A DNA stretch of 64,000 nt from Gemmatimonas sp. (GCA_031414535.1 JANNVQ010000005.1:1-64000), one strand, 5' to 3'; shown: positions 29,895 through 39,744, counted from the stretch's first letter. Made by a program: numbers and translations. Notes: generated from the sequence alone by a model not told the origin.

Positions 29895-29907
29895 CTTACG
29901 CTGTAAT
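29895..29907. promoter_or_regulatory. Putative TetR operator upstream of the amidohydrolase
   Basis: CTTACGCTGTAAT is a 12/13 match to the reverse complement of the 27492 site. Confidence 0.6.
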
Positions 29908-30008
29908 TTTCAACGTGAGTCTGTCCTTCGACTCCTTCCGGAGGCGCATATCGGAAGACGACGCCTTGGTTCTCCCTAACGATCTGCTTCCCTGCCCGTC
30001 TAACCGAC

Positions 30009-31088
30009 ATGCGTTTTCGTAGACTCCTTCCCGCTGCGTTATGCGCCGCCGCACTAGGCTGCGGTACAGATAACGGTCCCACTGGGCCGATCGCCACGGC
30101 CTGGTACTTCCCAGGTGCCGATGCCACATGGGAATCCGCGCGTCCCGTCGAGGCAGGATTCGATTCGGCACAGTTGTCAGCCGCGCTCGACTGGGCGGGT
30201 ACCCAAGCCAGCGACGCGGTGGTTGTCGTGTGGCGCGGCCGCATTGTGATGGAGCGCTACTGGCAGGGGTGGACCAACCAGACGCGCGGCCCTTACTTCT
30301 CGGCGGGCAAGACTATCACCGCAGCGCTCACACTGGACCTGGTGCACGACGGGATGGTCGCGCTCGATGCGCCAGCGTCCACGTATCTGGGTGCAGGCTG
30401 GTCCAGAAACACCGTGGACGAAAACGCCATCACCGTGCGTCGCTTGCTCTCCATGAGCTCGGGCAGCAACGACTCCCTGCAGCGCGTCTTTGCACCAACA
30501 GCGGGGCGCTTCTACTACAACAATCCCGGCTACTACCAGCTCTTCGGCGTGATTGAAGCGGCCACGCGCCAATCCACGCTGGCCGTTGCCACGGCGCGAT
30601 TGTTCACGCCCATTGGCATGTCGCGCACGGTTGTCTTCGCCAACGAAGACACGGGTGAGCCCGGCTACATCTTCCTCGGATCTGCCCGCGACTTTGCGCG
30701 CTTTGGCATTCTCACGCTCAACCACGGGCGCTGGAACGGCAACCAGATTTTGGCCGACAGTGCGCTCCTGCATCAGGCACGCCAGCCAAGCGGCACCGAC
30801 AACCTCTCCTACGGCTGGCTCTGGTGGTTGAACGGCGGCGCGTCCAATCGCGTGCCCGGGCCCTACCTTTTGCCTACCAACCCTGGGCCACTCTTCAGCG
30901 CCGCTCCGGTTGACCTCGCAGCGGCGCTCGGCAAGGACGACAAAAAGCTCTACGTCGTGCCCTCGTTGGACTTGGTAATCGTACGGCTTGGCGAGAAGGC
31001 GCCCGTGTCAGGGGCCGACAGTCCGGCCGCCATCTCGTCATTCGACAACGCGTTCTGGACGCGATTGATGGCGGCGCGCTCGCCCTGA
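30009..31088 (+). CDS. Serine hydrolase (beta-lactamase/AmpC-like family) lipoprotein
   Basis: Lipobox ALGC, SAGK (SxxK), YNN, YGWLWW. Confidence 0.88.
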   Translation: MRFRRLLPAALCAAALGCGTDNGPTGPIATAWYFPGADATWESARPVEAGFDSAQLSAALDWAGTQASDAVVVVWRGRIVMERYWQGWTNQTRGPYFSAGKTITAALTLDLVHDGMVALDAPASTYLGAGWSRNTVDENAITVRRLLSMSSGSNDSLQRVFAPTAGRFYYNNPGYYQLFGVIEAATRQSTLAVATARLFTPIGMSRTVVFANEDTGEPGYIFLGSARDFARFGILTLNHGRWNGNQILADSALLHQARQPSGTDNLSYGWLWWLNGGASNRVPGPYLLPTNPGPLFSAAPVDLAAALGKDDKKLYVVPSLDLVIVRLGEKAPVSGADSPAAISSFDNAFWTRLMAARSP

Positions 31089-31092
31089 GGGT

Positions 31093-31680
31093 TCAGCGCT
31101 TCCCAAACAGCCACGCAAACGAAACGCCGATGGCGCTTGCATCAATCGAGCTACCATTCGCGGTGTAGTTCATGCTCGTGTACGTCAGGGCGGCCCAGCG
31201 CCAGCCAAGCTCGAGCGTGGCGCCAGCCGCAGGATCAAAGCTGATGTCCGGCACGAAGCCATCGCCGTTGAAGTTGATGGCCGTGTGATACGCCAACCCG
31301 GCGCCAACTCGCCAGTCGTTCGGCAGGTAGTAGCTGCCGATGACTTCCACGGGAATACGCGTAAACGAGATGTTCGCGTCCTCCGCGGCAGTCGTCGTGA
31401 ACTTGATGCCCGCGAGGGCGCGGATGCCGAGATTCGGCATAGCCTGGGGCCGAATGTCCACGCCAAAGGAGGCGGTGCCGCCCTGGCCCGTGTAGATCTT
31501 CTGCTTGCTGCCGTCGGTGAACGTGAGTTCGAGCAGCATATCGCCGCCCATTTCGAGGGAACCGTCCAGCACCCAAGCAAAGGTGTGCGGCGCCGCCTTC
31601 GGAGCGGCCTTCGCTACGGGTTCTTGTTGTGCAACGAGCGGCGAAGCGAACAGAACGAGGGCAAGAAGCGAGAAGCGCAC
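31093..31680 (-). CDS. Outer-membrane beta-barrel protein
   Basis: GTG start MRFSLLALVLFASPLVAQQ signal peptide and beta-strand pattern; the upstream part of the 406-aa ORF is antisense to rnz. Confidence 0.75.
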   Translation of the reverse strand: MRFSLLALVLFASPLVAQQEPVAKAAPKAAPHTFAWVLDGSLEMGGDMLLELTFTDGSKQKIYTGQGGTASFGVDIRPQAMPNLGIRALAGIKFTTTAAEDANISFTRIPVEVIGSYYLPNDWRVGAGLAYHTAINFNGDGFVPDISFDPAAGATLELGWRWAALTYTSMNYTANGSSIDASAIGVSFAWLFGKR

Positions 31681-31782
31681 AGGAAACCTTGAGAGTAAGG
31701 GGTTGAAGGGCGGGAATTTATTGCGTTGCACCACCGCTGCATAGCAGGCGCCCTTAGATTTGGGTCTTACTCCTCGCGCCCC

Positions 31783-32706
31783 GTGTCCTTGCACCTCACC
31801 TTCCTCGGCACCTCCGCCTCGCGCCCCACCGTGGAACGCGGGGTCTCCTCGTTGGCGCTGGTGCGCGAGGGTGAGACGCTGATGTTTGACTGCGGAGAAG
31901 GCACGCAGCGGCAGATGATGCGCTACGGCGTGGGCTTCACGCTCGAGGACATCTTCTTCACGCACTTTCATACCGATCACTATCTCGGTGTGCTTGGCCT
32001 GTTGAGGACGTTCTCCTTGCAGGTCCGCGAGCAGCCGCTGCGCATCTGGGGGCCCAAAGGCGCGCAGGCGCTCTTCAAGCGCGCCGAAGGACTCGGCAAT
32101 GACAAGCTGACCTTCCCGCTCACCGTAACGGACTTGGAGTCCGGGGCCGTCGTGCGGCGCAAGGACTATGAGATTCGCGCCTTTGAGGTGGAGCATCGCA
32201 AGGGCGCGGCGCTCGGATTCACCTTGGCCGAGGACATCCGCCGCGGACGCTTTGACCCCGATCACGCGCGCGCACTCGGCATCCCAGAGGGACCGCAGTG
32301 GGGCCGCATCCACAAGGGCGAAGCCATCACGCTCGACGATGGTCGCGTGGTGCAGCCATCAGAGTTGGTGGGCCCTGAGCGCAGCGGACGCAAAGTCGTC
32401 ATCACCGGCGACACGCGGCCCTGCGCCGCGACCATCGAGCAGAGCATCGGCGCCGACTTGTTGGTACATGAGGCCACCTTCGGCGATGAAGAACAGGCCC
32501 GCGCCGCTGAGACGATGCATTCGACGGCGCGCGAAGCCGCCACCGTTGCGAAGATGGCGGGCGTCAGGCGATTGGCGCTCACACACTTCTCGGCGCGCTA
32601 CTCGCGCGATCCCAGCGACCTCGGCCGCGAGGCCCGCGAGGTATTCACGGGTGATGTGGTGCTGGCCCGAGATGGGATGGAGATCGAGGTCCCCTACGCG
32701 GACTAG
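31783..32706 (+). CDS. rnz: Ribonuclease Z
   Basis: FLGTSAS.PT, DCGEGTQRQ, THFHTDH, exosite, GDTRP, HEATF, HFSARY. Confidence 0.95.
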   Translation: MSLHLTFLGTSASRPTVERGVSSLALVREGETLMFDCGEGTQRQMMRYGVGFTLEDIFFTHFHTDHYLGVLGLLRTFSLQVREQPLRIWGPKGAQALFKRAEGLGNDKLTFPLTVTDLESGAVVRRKDYEIRAFEVEHRKGAALGFTLAEDIRRGRFDPDHARALGIPEGPQWGRIHKGEAITLDDGRVVQPSELVGPERSGRKVVITGDTRPCAATIEQSIGADLLVHEATFGDEEQARAAETMHSTAREAATVAKMAGVRRLALTHFSARYSRDPSDLGREAREVFTGDVVLARDGMEIEVPYAD

Positions 32707-32737
32707 TTGCCGCTATGACCGCGTTCTGTTGGCTCGA

Positions 32738-33136
32738 CTAGATCGGCTGTCGGCCCGCAAAGCCTGAATTCCGTGTGTGCCAGTGCGTCACCGCAGACTC
32801 ACCGCGCCTCCAGCACCAGTACACCGGCACGCCATCGCGCTCGCCGGGGAAGTCCACCAGACCCTGCTCCATTCCCTTGCACTCGATGCCGAGCTCATTC
32901 AGTTCGCCGAGGAACTCTTGCACCTCACGCGCCGATTGCTGCACCTCGCGCGCCAGTACCTCGGCTTCGGGATCTACCTGCGTGCCTGAACTGCGCAATG
33001 AGGCGAGTTCGTAGCGCTCCACGAGTTCCTGCCAGCGACGATAGCTCATCACTAAGTCTTCAGTGATGCGCTGGACCAATGGCAACGCTTTGTTGGCGCG
33101 TTCGGGAGTCCAGAGCGCCTGATCGGTAGCAGTCAT
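32738..33136 (-). CDS. DUF2203 domain protein
   Basis: GLVDFP, YWCWRRGE, HWH..GFAGRQPI. Confidence 0.85.
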   Translation of the reverse strand: MTATDQALWTPERANKALPLVQRITEDLVMSYRRWQELVERYELASLRSSGTQVDPEAEVLAREVQQSAREVQEFLGELNELGIECKGMEQGLVDFPGERDGVPVYWCWRRGESAVTHWHTRNSGFAGRQPI

Positions 33137-33151
33137 AGCGATTGAATGCAG

Positions 33152-34381
33152 TTAGATGCGCGGACGGATGAGCTTGTGACGACGAGTATTGACGAAGGTT
33201 CGCGGCGCGTGGGTCACGGGCACAAGCCTCGCGCCGCTTTGCGCGCTGCGTGGCCGACGCGCCACACGGGTCTCTTCACCGTAGAGTGCCGCTTCGTCAA
33301 AGGCACGCAGGAGTGCGTCGCGCGTCCCCGGGGCCATCACCGAATCATCGAGCCACATCACCCGATGCACCGGTGCAGGCACAAAGCCGAGCGACCACTC
33401 CTGACCACCCGCATCGCGTAGCGCAAAGGCCACGCGCGGCGCGGGGCCCTCGGCGGGCCTTGCAATGATGGCGTAGTTCTCACGCGGCCAACTGCGCTCG
33501 CCGTTATCTCCCACCGCCGGATAGTCGCCGATGACGCTCGGCCACCACGCCGGCTCTTGCATGGCGACCGGGCCGAGCTGCAGCGCAGGCAAAGGGTTCA
33601 GCGCGGCACTCTGGGCCAGCGAGAATCGCACGAATGGCCGGCGCGATTCTACTTCAATCCCAAAGCTACGCACATCGAAGCTGAGTGCCTCGTACTCACT
33701 CAGCAAATCCTTCTCGTCCTTTGAGCCCGCTGCGGCAGCGAGAGTGGAATCCCGAAGCTCTCGCCACTGCCGTTGGCCTTCGGCGATTGCCGCGCGTGTG
33801 GCGGCGCGCCCCACGAGCGCGTCGAGCGTGGTCGGTACACCGGTGCGCAGGTCCAGCACCCCACGCCGCAAACCATGAGCAGACGGACGTCCGACGATGT
33901 CTACATCGGTGCGATACTCATACGAGGCCCAGGGTCCCAACACATCAAGCACGAGAATCTCGGCGCTGCCCACGATGCGCGGATCTTCGGAGCCCACTTC
34001 TTCCTCGGCCAAGGGCTGCTCGTCGGGGTTGGCGGCCGCGTAGTTGCGCGCGAGGACGCGCATCAGCGTGTCGGCAAAGAGCTGGACCGAATCGCCGTTG
34101 ATGAGATCGCGCTTGAAGAGACGCTGACCCACGTACACGGCATCGTAGAACGAATGGTCTTCGTCCGTCACGTAGAGTTCGGCGAGTCGCCCGCCGACGA
34201 GCGCCACCACCATCGGTGCGCCACGTACGCGAATGCCATCGGCCTCACTCCGAATCCAGAACACCGAATCGCCAGCGGCCACCAAGAACTCGGCTGGCGG
34301 CGCGGGGGCAGGCGGCTCAACGCGTTCGCAGGCCGTGGCCCCCATTAGGGCAATCGCAAGAAGGAGGGCGCGGCGGGGCAT
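33152..34381 (-). CDS. Hypothetical lipoprotein
   Basis: Lipobox ATAC; long ORF in an operon. Confidence 0.75.
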   Translation of the reverse strand: MPRRALLLAIALMGATACERVEPPAPAPPAEFLVAAGDSVFWIRSEADGIRVRGAPMVVALVGGRLAELYVTDEDHSFYDAVYVGQRLFKRDLINGDSVQLFADTLMRVLARNYAAANPDEQPLAEEEVGSEDPRIVGSAEILVLDVLGPWASYEYRTDVDIVGRPSAHGLRRGVLDLRTGVPTTLDALVGRAATRAAIAEGQRQWRELRDSTLAAAAGSKDEKDLLSEYEALSFDVRSFGIEVESRRPFVRFSLAQSAALNPLPALQLGPVAMQEPAWWPSVIGDYPAVGDNGERSWPRENYAIIARPAEGPAPRVAFALRDAGGQEWSLGFVPAPVHRVMWLDDSVMAPGTRDALLRAFDEAALYGEETRVARRPRSAQSGARLVPVTHAPRTFVNTRRHKLIRPRI

Positions 34382-34396
34382 CCTCCAAATATATCG

Positions 34397-35605
34397 CTAG
34401 CGCTTGGCGACCTCGGCCACGGCTGCCAGGAGGCGCTCAATCTCATCCATCGTGGTGTAGCAGGCAGCGCCGATCCGCACGAGGCCGTCATCGCCGTGGC
34501 CGAGCAGGCGCACCACCGTGCTGGCGTAAAAGTCGCCATTGCTCACGAATAGCGCCTTCTCCGCGAGCGCGCGCGCCACGTCGTCACTCTTCACGCCATC
34601 CACCGTGAAGCTCACCGTAGGCGTGCGCGGGCGGTCTGGCCCCGGGCCGTAGCGGGTGACGCTCGGAATGGCACCGAGGCCGTCCCAGAGACGGCGGAAC
34701 AAGTGCATCTCGTCTTTATGAAGCGCCTGAAACGCCGAGACCAATTTGTCGCGGCGCGTGCTCCCGGTACCGAGAGAGGCGAGGAAATCAATCGCCGCCG
34801 CTGCACCGATGATGCCCTCGTGATTCTGTGTGCCTGGCTCCATACGCTCGGGGGCCGTTTCCGGCGCCGGCTCAAGCTTAGGGACATCGAGGCGTCCGAG
34901 CAGCGCTTCCCTGCCGAAGATGATACCCACGTGCGGGCCGTAAAACTTGTAGGCCGAGCAGCCGAGGAAGTCGCAGCGCATCGCCTTCACATCCACCAGC
35001 ATGTGCGGCGCGTAGTGCACGGCATCCACGAACACGAGCGCGCCGTAGCGGTGCGCCATCTCTGCCGCCTTGGCCACGTCGCTGATGGTGCCGAGCGCAT
35101 TGGAGGCCGCGCCGATGGCCAGAAGCTTGGTGTGGGAGGAGAGTGCTGCCTCGAGCGAGTCGAAGTCTAGTTCGCCGCGGCTGGCATCTACGCGCACGCG
35201 CTTAAGCACGATGCCACGTTCACGCTCCAAGGTGCGCCAAGGCGCGACGTTGGCGTGATGGTCGAGCTCGGTGATGATGACTTCGTCTCCCGGTCCCCAC
35301 TCGCGCCCCAGTGCGCGCGCGAGGTGGAAGGTGCCGCTGGTCATGTTGTTGTGAAACGAAATCTCACGCGGCGAGGCATTGAGGAAATCGGCCACGGTCT
35401 GCCGTGCGTTGAGCAACATCGCATCCGTCTCGACGCTCGACGGATACACCCAATGCGTGTTGGCATTGTGGTGCAGGAGATAGTCAGACATGGCGTCCAC
35501 GACCATCTGCGGCACCTGAGTGCCGCCCGGCCCGTCGAAGTAGGCGACGGTCTGGCGGTTATGGCTGCGCTGGAGCGCCGGGAAGTGATGGCGGACGGAG
35601 TGCAT
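34397..35605 (-). CDS. Cysteine desulfurase-like class V aminotransferase
   Basis: YFDGPGGTQVP, LDHHANVAPW, DAVHYAPH, SAYKFYGPH. Confidence 0.92.
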   Translation of the reverse strand: MHSVRHHFPALQRSHNRQTVAYFDGPGGTQVPQMVVDAMSDYLLHHNANTHWVYPSSVETDAMLLNARQTVADFLNASPREISFHNNMTSGTFHLARALGREWGPGDEVIITELDHHANVAPWRTLERERGIVLKRVRVDASRGELDFDSLEAALSSHTKLLAIGAASNALGTISDVAKAAEMAHRYGALVFVDAVHYAPHMLVDVKAMRCDFLGCSAYKFYGPHVGIIFGREALLGRLDVPKLEPAPETAPERMEPGTQNHEGIIGAAAAIDFLASLGTGSTRRDKLVSAFQALHKDEMHLFRRLWDGLGAIPSVTRYGPGPDRPRTPTVSFTVDGVKSDDVARALAEKALFVSNGDFYASTVVRLLGHGDDGLVRIGAACYTTMDEIERLLAAVAEVAKR

Positions 35606-35608
35606 TCA

Positions 35609-35640
35609 GGACGGATGACGGATGACGGAAGCGAACTGCG
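35609..35640 (+). repeat. Heptamer-repeat element (single arm)
   Basis: GGACGGATGACGGATGACGGAAGCGAACTGCG. Confidence 0.9.
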
Positions 35641-35668
35641 CAAAATACGCGGGGGTGCGGTGGAACCG

Positions 35669-36538
35669 TTAGCCCCCGCTCATCCACCGAACGATCTCGA
35701 CATGGTCCGCTTCTTCGCCCAAGGCGGCGTGCGCTTCCTTGTAAAGGCGGCTCGCCAACTCGAGCATCGGCGCGTCCACACCCATGTCGCGCGCAATGTC
35801 GGCGGCGATCCCCACGTCCTTGTCGAGCAGGGCAAGGCGGAAGGTGCGTGGGTAGGCTTTGGTGAGCACGCGATCGGGGAAGAGATTCATGCTCGCGTTG
35901 GAGCGGCCGCTGGAGTTGTTGATTACGTCGAGCGCGACTGCCGGTGAGACACCAGCCTTCTCCAGCGCGAACAAGCCTTCGGCGGTGCCAATAATATGCT
36001 GAGCGAGAAATGCATTGTTCACAGCTTTCACCGCGTCGCCTGCACCGACGGGGCCGCAGTGCACGATGCGCTTGCCGAAAGCTTCGAGCGCGGGGCGCAC
36101 CTTCTCAAGCGTGTCAGCATCTCCACCAATCATCACCGTGAGCGTGCCGGCCTCCGCGCCCACCACGCCACCTGAGACCGGTGCGTCGAGGAATCCAATC
36201 CCCCGCTCCGAGAGCCGCGCGGCCATGCGCTTGGACGTCGCAGGATCGCCCGAAGTACAGTCCACGAGCGAGCTGCCTTTGCGCATCGTGGCGAGCAACC
36301 CATCGGGGCCATCGAGCAGCGACTCCACATCAGGGGAGATGGGGAAGCAGGTGATGACAACATCGGCTTCGCGCGCCGCTTCGGCGGGCGTGGCCGCGTG
36401 AATAACCCCATGCTGTGCCGCAAAGGCCGCCGCCTTCGACGCCGTGCGATTCCACACGCGAAGCGAGAACTGCCCAGCCGCAAGGTGCCGGGCCATCGGA
36501 GTGCCAATCGCACCCAGCCCCAGGAATGCAACGATCAT
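35669..36538 (-). CDS. 3-hydroxyisobutyrate/2-hydroxy-3-oxopropionate dehydrogenase family oxidoreductase
   Basis: FLGLGAIG, WNRT, DAPVSGG, KAVNN, KDVGIA. Confidence 0.9.
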   Translation of the reverse strand: MIVAFLGLGAIGTPMARHLAAGQFSLRVWNRTASKAAAFAAQHGVIHAATPAEAAREADVVITCFPISPDVESLLDGPDGLLATMRKGSSLVDCTSGDPATSKRMAARLSERGIGFLDAPVSGGVVGAEAGTLTVMIGGDADTLEKVRPALEAFGKRIVHCGPVGAGDAVKAVNNAFLAQHIIGTAEGLFALEKAGVSPAVALDVINNSSGRSNASMNLFPDRVLTKAYPRTFRLALLDKDVGIAADIARDMGVDAPMLELASRLYKEAHAALGEEADHVEIVRWMSGG

Positions 36539-36550
36539 TGAGAGAACTCG

Positions 36551-36626
36551 GGATGAAAGACGGAAGACGGAAGGTATAATACCAAGTACCTTCCGTCTTC
36601 CGTCATCCGTCATCCGTCATCCGTCA
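36551..36626. repeat. Inverted heptamer-repeat element
   Basis: GACGGAAGACGGAAGGTA ... TACCTTCCGTCTTCCGTCATCCGTCATCCGTCATCCGTC. Confidence 0.9.
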
Positions 36627-36631
36627 AGAAA

Positions 36632-36877
36632 GTGCGCCTCGAACTCTTCATCAACGGCATGCTCTCCGTGCACTCCAAGCACGCCGTCTTCTCGGCGCTA
36701 GCGGGAGTGCTGGGGCTGTCGGCTGTTGAGATCGAGCTCGGGCGCGTGGAGTTGGAGAGCGAGCGGCCCGAAGCGGAACTCACCGCGCTCGAAGCCGAAC
36801 TGCGCGATGCCATCGCCGCAGCGGGACTTTCCGTGAGTGCCATCAAGCGCCTCCCGCGCCGCCTGCCGACGGTCTAG
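36632..36877 (+). CDS. HMA (CopZ)-like small protein lacking CxxC
   Basis: INGMLSVHSKHAVFSALAGVLG..LRDAIAAAG fits the HMA fold pattern. Confidence 0.6.
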   Translation: MRLELFINGMLSVHSKHAVFSALAGVLGLSAVEIELGRVELESERPEAELTALEAELRDAIAAAGLSVSAIKRLPRRLPTV

Positions 36878-36901
36878 CCTCAGCGCTGCCGCACTGACCA
36901 G

Positions 36902-36924
36902 CATCCGTCATCCGTCATCCGTCC
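36902..36924. repeat. Heptamer repeat (CATCCGT)x3
   Basis: Direct inspection. Confidence 0.85.
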
Positions 36925-37147
36925 CACTTACGCCCACGGGGCGCCCAACGACGCCCTTCACAGCATCGATGCGCGCCCCGTGAGTTGTCGCTAGCGTAGT
37001 GAAACCCCTCTCGTTGAGCGGGCAGGGGTCGGCCGGCCCCCCACCAGCACCGGCCCGCACCCGCTGCCGCTCTACGATCAGGTCGTACCCCCTTATGACA
37101 CGACGTACGGAGAAAGGGTTTACTGGGTTTCACGGCCCAGCGAAACT

Positions 37148-37211
37148 GGACGGATGACGGATGACGGACGCCGCACAGCTCCGTGAAGCATCCGTCATCC
37201 GTCTTCCGTCC
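37148..37211. repeat. Inverted heptamer-repeat element
   Basis: GGACGGATGACGGATGACGGACGC ... GCATCCGTCATCCGTCTTCCGTCC. Confidence 0.9.
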
Positions 37212-37212
37212 T

Positions 37213-39744
37213 TTACAGGCTCAGCCAGTAGCTGGCCTTGATCAAGAACGTGTTATCCGACCGCGTCCTAAACAGGTTCCCATAATCGCGGCCAAAATCG
37301 AAGCTGCCGGCGTTTCTGAAGTCCTGCCGGCCCTGCTGCCACACAAAAAACAGCACCGAGCCCGGCCGGTACTCCCAGCGCAGCACCGTGTTGGAGCGGA
37401 ATTGCTTGAAGTTGAAGTCCTCCGGCTCCACGGCGGTATAGGGCTGAAAGCGGTCCTCGTAACGATCGGCACCGGCGTCCACCACCTGCTTGAGCTCGGC
37501 GTAGTCACCGGCCGTCACGAATGGCTGGGCGTAGAGCTGCAGTGAGAGCGTGGGCGTCATGGTGTAGTCCAAGCGCGTGGTGACGCCCATCGTCGTCTGG
37601 TCGAGCCGCGCGAAGGTGTAGGCGGTGCCACTTGGAGCACTGAAGTTGTTGTACCACTGCTGGTCGTTGACGCTCTCGGAGTAATTGAGCGAGACGCTGC
37701 CCTGCACATTGCCGCCGGCACGGAACCGCATCTCTGGATCAACGCCCCAATCGCTCGAACCCGCAACATCGCGGAATGCCACGAAGCCCTGCATCACGTA
37801 CTGCAGCGCCTTGCGCTCATCCGTCTCGAATCCCAAGAAAGCGCTACTACGGAACGTGCGACGGAGCGCCGGACCACCGCGCGTCACGCGGTCATCATAC
37901 ACCGCGCCCAGGCCATTCACGTTGTAGCCGGCCCAGAACCACCACTGGTTGGGCAGCTCGCCGTTCAAGTTGATGTTCGCGCCGGAGTTCAAGCGCAGCC
38001 CATCGGTATTCCATTCGTTCCACTGATTGAAATTCACGTTCAAGCGACGATAAAACGTGGTGGGCTCATTGTAGTTGAGGCCAAACCAGTTGCCGTTCTG
38101 CGTGATGTCGGCGCGGGGGAGAAAACCAGCGTCGTTCACTTCGTAGCCCGCGCTGGTGCGCGTGATGCCCGTGTTAAAGCGCGTCACGCCACCGCCGGTC
38201 TTGCCGATGTTGGCGCCGAGGCGCGTCCCGTTCATGGCCGTGAGGCTGGAGTCCACGCTGAGCGGCGAATCCTCGCGCTGGAACTGGTGCACCGCGCTGC
38301 GCTGCGTGCGCCAGATGGCTTCCTGTGTGCCCGTTACCCGTGAGGCCACCGCCGAGCCGCTAAGCTGATAGTTGTTGTTTAAAAAGCGGTGACGGGCATC
38401 AAGGCCCACCGCGAACGCGCCGTCGCGCAGGTAGCGCCGCGAGTCGGCATCGAGGTTGCGATTGGTGGCCGTGAACATCAGCCCCACACCAGAGTTGCCA
38501 TTGCGCAGGTCCTGCGAGAGCCGTGTGACGAGGTAGTTCGTCATCGGCTCGATGGTGGCGCCACCTGCGCCCTGCTCGCGATCAGTGACGGCGTTCAGGA
38601 AACCCACATTCAACCCGCTGGCGGTGCGACCGGTGATCTTGGCGGCGCCGAGGATGGTGCTGTTGAGCGGGTTATCCTGGTCGGCGTATACGCCACCGAG
38701 CTGCGGCGAGCGACCAATGCGGCGCGAGTAGAAGAGGTTGTTGGCAAAGGAGAAGATGCCGGCGCCTTCGAGGAAGAAGGGGCGACGCTCCTCAAAGAAC
38801 TGCTCGAAGGCACCGAGGTTGAGGACGGCCGGGTCCGCTTCGACTTGTCCGAAGTCCGGATTCACCGTGCCGTCGAGCGTGAGATTAGACGTGATCCCGT
38901 ACTTCACATCCGCGCCGAAGGTGATGTTCTGCTGGCGCTCGAATCCGCTCGCCGTGGGCCGCGGCGCATTGCTGCTCACGGAGTACGGCAAGACCTCAAG
39001 ACGTCGTGGCGAGGTGATGCCGGCAAAGCCATCCACCTCGCCCCACTGCGACACGAAGCCCGTGCGCGTGCGGCGGTACAGCGGCCATGAGACACGCTCG
39101 CTGTAGCGCGCGATGTCGCGCCAGATGGCGAAGCCAAAGGTATGCGTGTCGGAGGCGGGAAAGCGTAGCTGGCTGAATGGAATGCGATACTCCGCCACCC
39201 AGCCCTCGGCGTCCACCTTGGTGGAGACGTCCCACACGCCATCCCATGACGGATCTTCCTGACCGTCGTTGGAGATATAGAAGTCACGCTTCACACCTAA
39301 GGGATTCACCGTGAAGCGAAAGCCTGTGCGCTTATCGTGGTACGAGTCCACCATCAAATGGATGACATCCGAGCGCGTCTGTTGGTCGCGACGCGAGAGG
39401 AAGGCCATGATGGAATCCGGCGCGGGATCGTAGGCACGCACCAGCACATAGAGGTAGCGCTCGTCATAGGCCACCTTGGCCTCGGTGCGATAGCGAGGCT
39501 CGCCGTCCTCCACCGGATCGTGCTGGCGAAACTGCGTGATGGCTGGCGCGAGACGCCAGACTTCGTCGTTCGCTGTGCCGTCGAGCACGGGGGCCACCGT
39601 GGCCCGAGCCGCTGTGGCGCCGCGGGCCGTGGGTGCTGGGACCGCCGCTGGAGGATCAGGAGGCATCACGACCCCCGTACGCGGAGGCATAGCCGGGCCA
39701 GCGGCCACGACCGTCTGAAAAGCGAGCGCGAGATGAGCGAGCAT
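37213..39744 (-). CDS. CBM9-like + DUF5916 protein (second paralogue)
   Basis: PVLDG, WVAEYRIPFSQLRF, NPDFGQVEADP, RWEYRPGSVLFFVW. Confidence 0.88.
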   Translation of the reverse strand: MLAHLALAFQTVVAAGPAMPPRTGVVMPPDPPAAVPAPTARGATAARATVAPVLDGTANDEVWRLAPAITQFRQHDPVEDGEPRYRTEAKVAYDERYLYVLVRAYDPAPDSIMAFLSRRDQQTRSDVIHLMVDSYHDKRTGFRFTVNPLGVKRDFYISNDGQEDPSWDGVWDVSTKVDAEGWVAEYRIPFSQLRFPASDTHTFGFAIWRDIARYSERVSWPLYRRTRTGFVSQWGEVDGFAGITSPRRLEVLPYSVSSNAPRPTASGFERQQNITFGADVKYGITSNLTLDGTVNPDFGQVEADPAVLNLGAFEQFFEERRPFFLEGAGIFSFANNLFYSRRIGRSPQLGGVYADQDNPLNSTILGAAKITGRTASGLNVGFLNAVTDREQGAGGATIEPMTNYLVTRLSQDLRNGNSGVGLMFTATNRNLDADSRRYLRDGAFAVGLDARHRFLNNNYQLSGSAVASRVTGTQEAIWRTQRSAVHQFQREDSPLSVDSSLTAMNGTRLGANIGKTGGGVTRFNTGITRTSAGYEVNDAGFLPRADITQNGNWFGLNYNEPTTFYRRLNVNFNQWNEWNTDGLRLNSGANINLNGELPNQWWFWAGYNVNGLGAVYDDRVTRGGPALRRTFRSSAFLGFETDERKALQYVMQGFVAFRDVAGSSDWGVDPEMRFRAGGNVQGSVSLNYSESVNDQQWYNNFSAPSGTAYTFARLDQTTMGVTTRLDYTMTPTLSLQLYAQPFVTAGDYAELKQVVDAGADRYEDRFQPYTAVEPEDFNFKQFRSNTVLRWEYRPGSVLFFVWQQGRQDFRNAGSFDFGRDYGNLFRTRSDNTFLIKASYWLSL

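Noticed and set aside
31681..32313. N-terminal extension of the 406-aa minus-strand ORF
   Set aside because: Overlaps rnz antisense; the signal peptide begins at 31680
19436..37211. Repeats considered as a CRISPR array
   Set aside because: They are tandem 7-mers in dispersed hairpins, with no repeat-spacer periodicity and no cas genes
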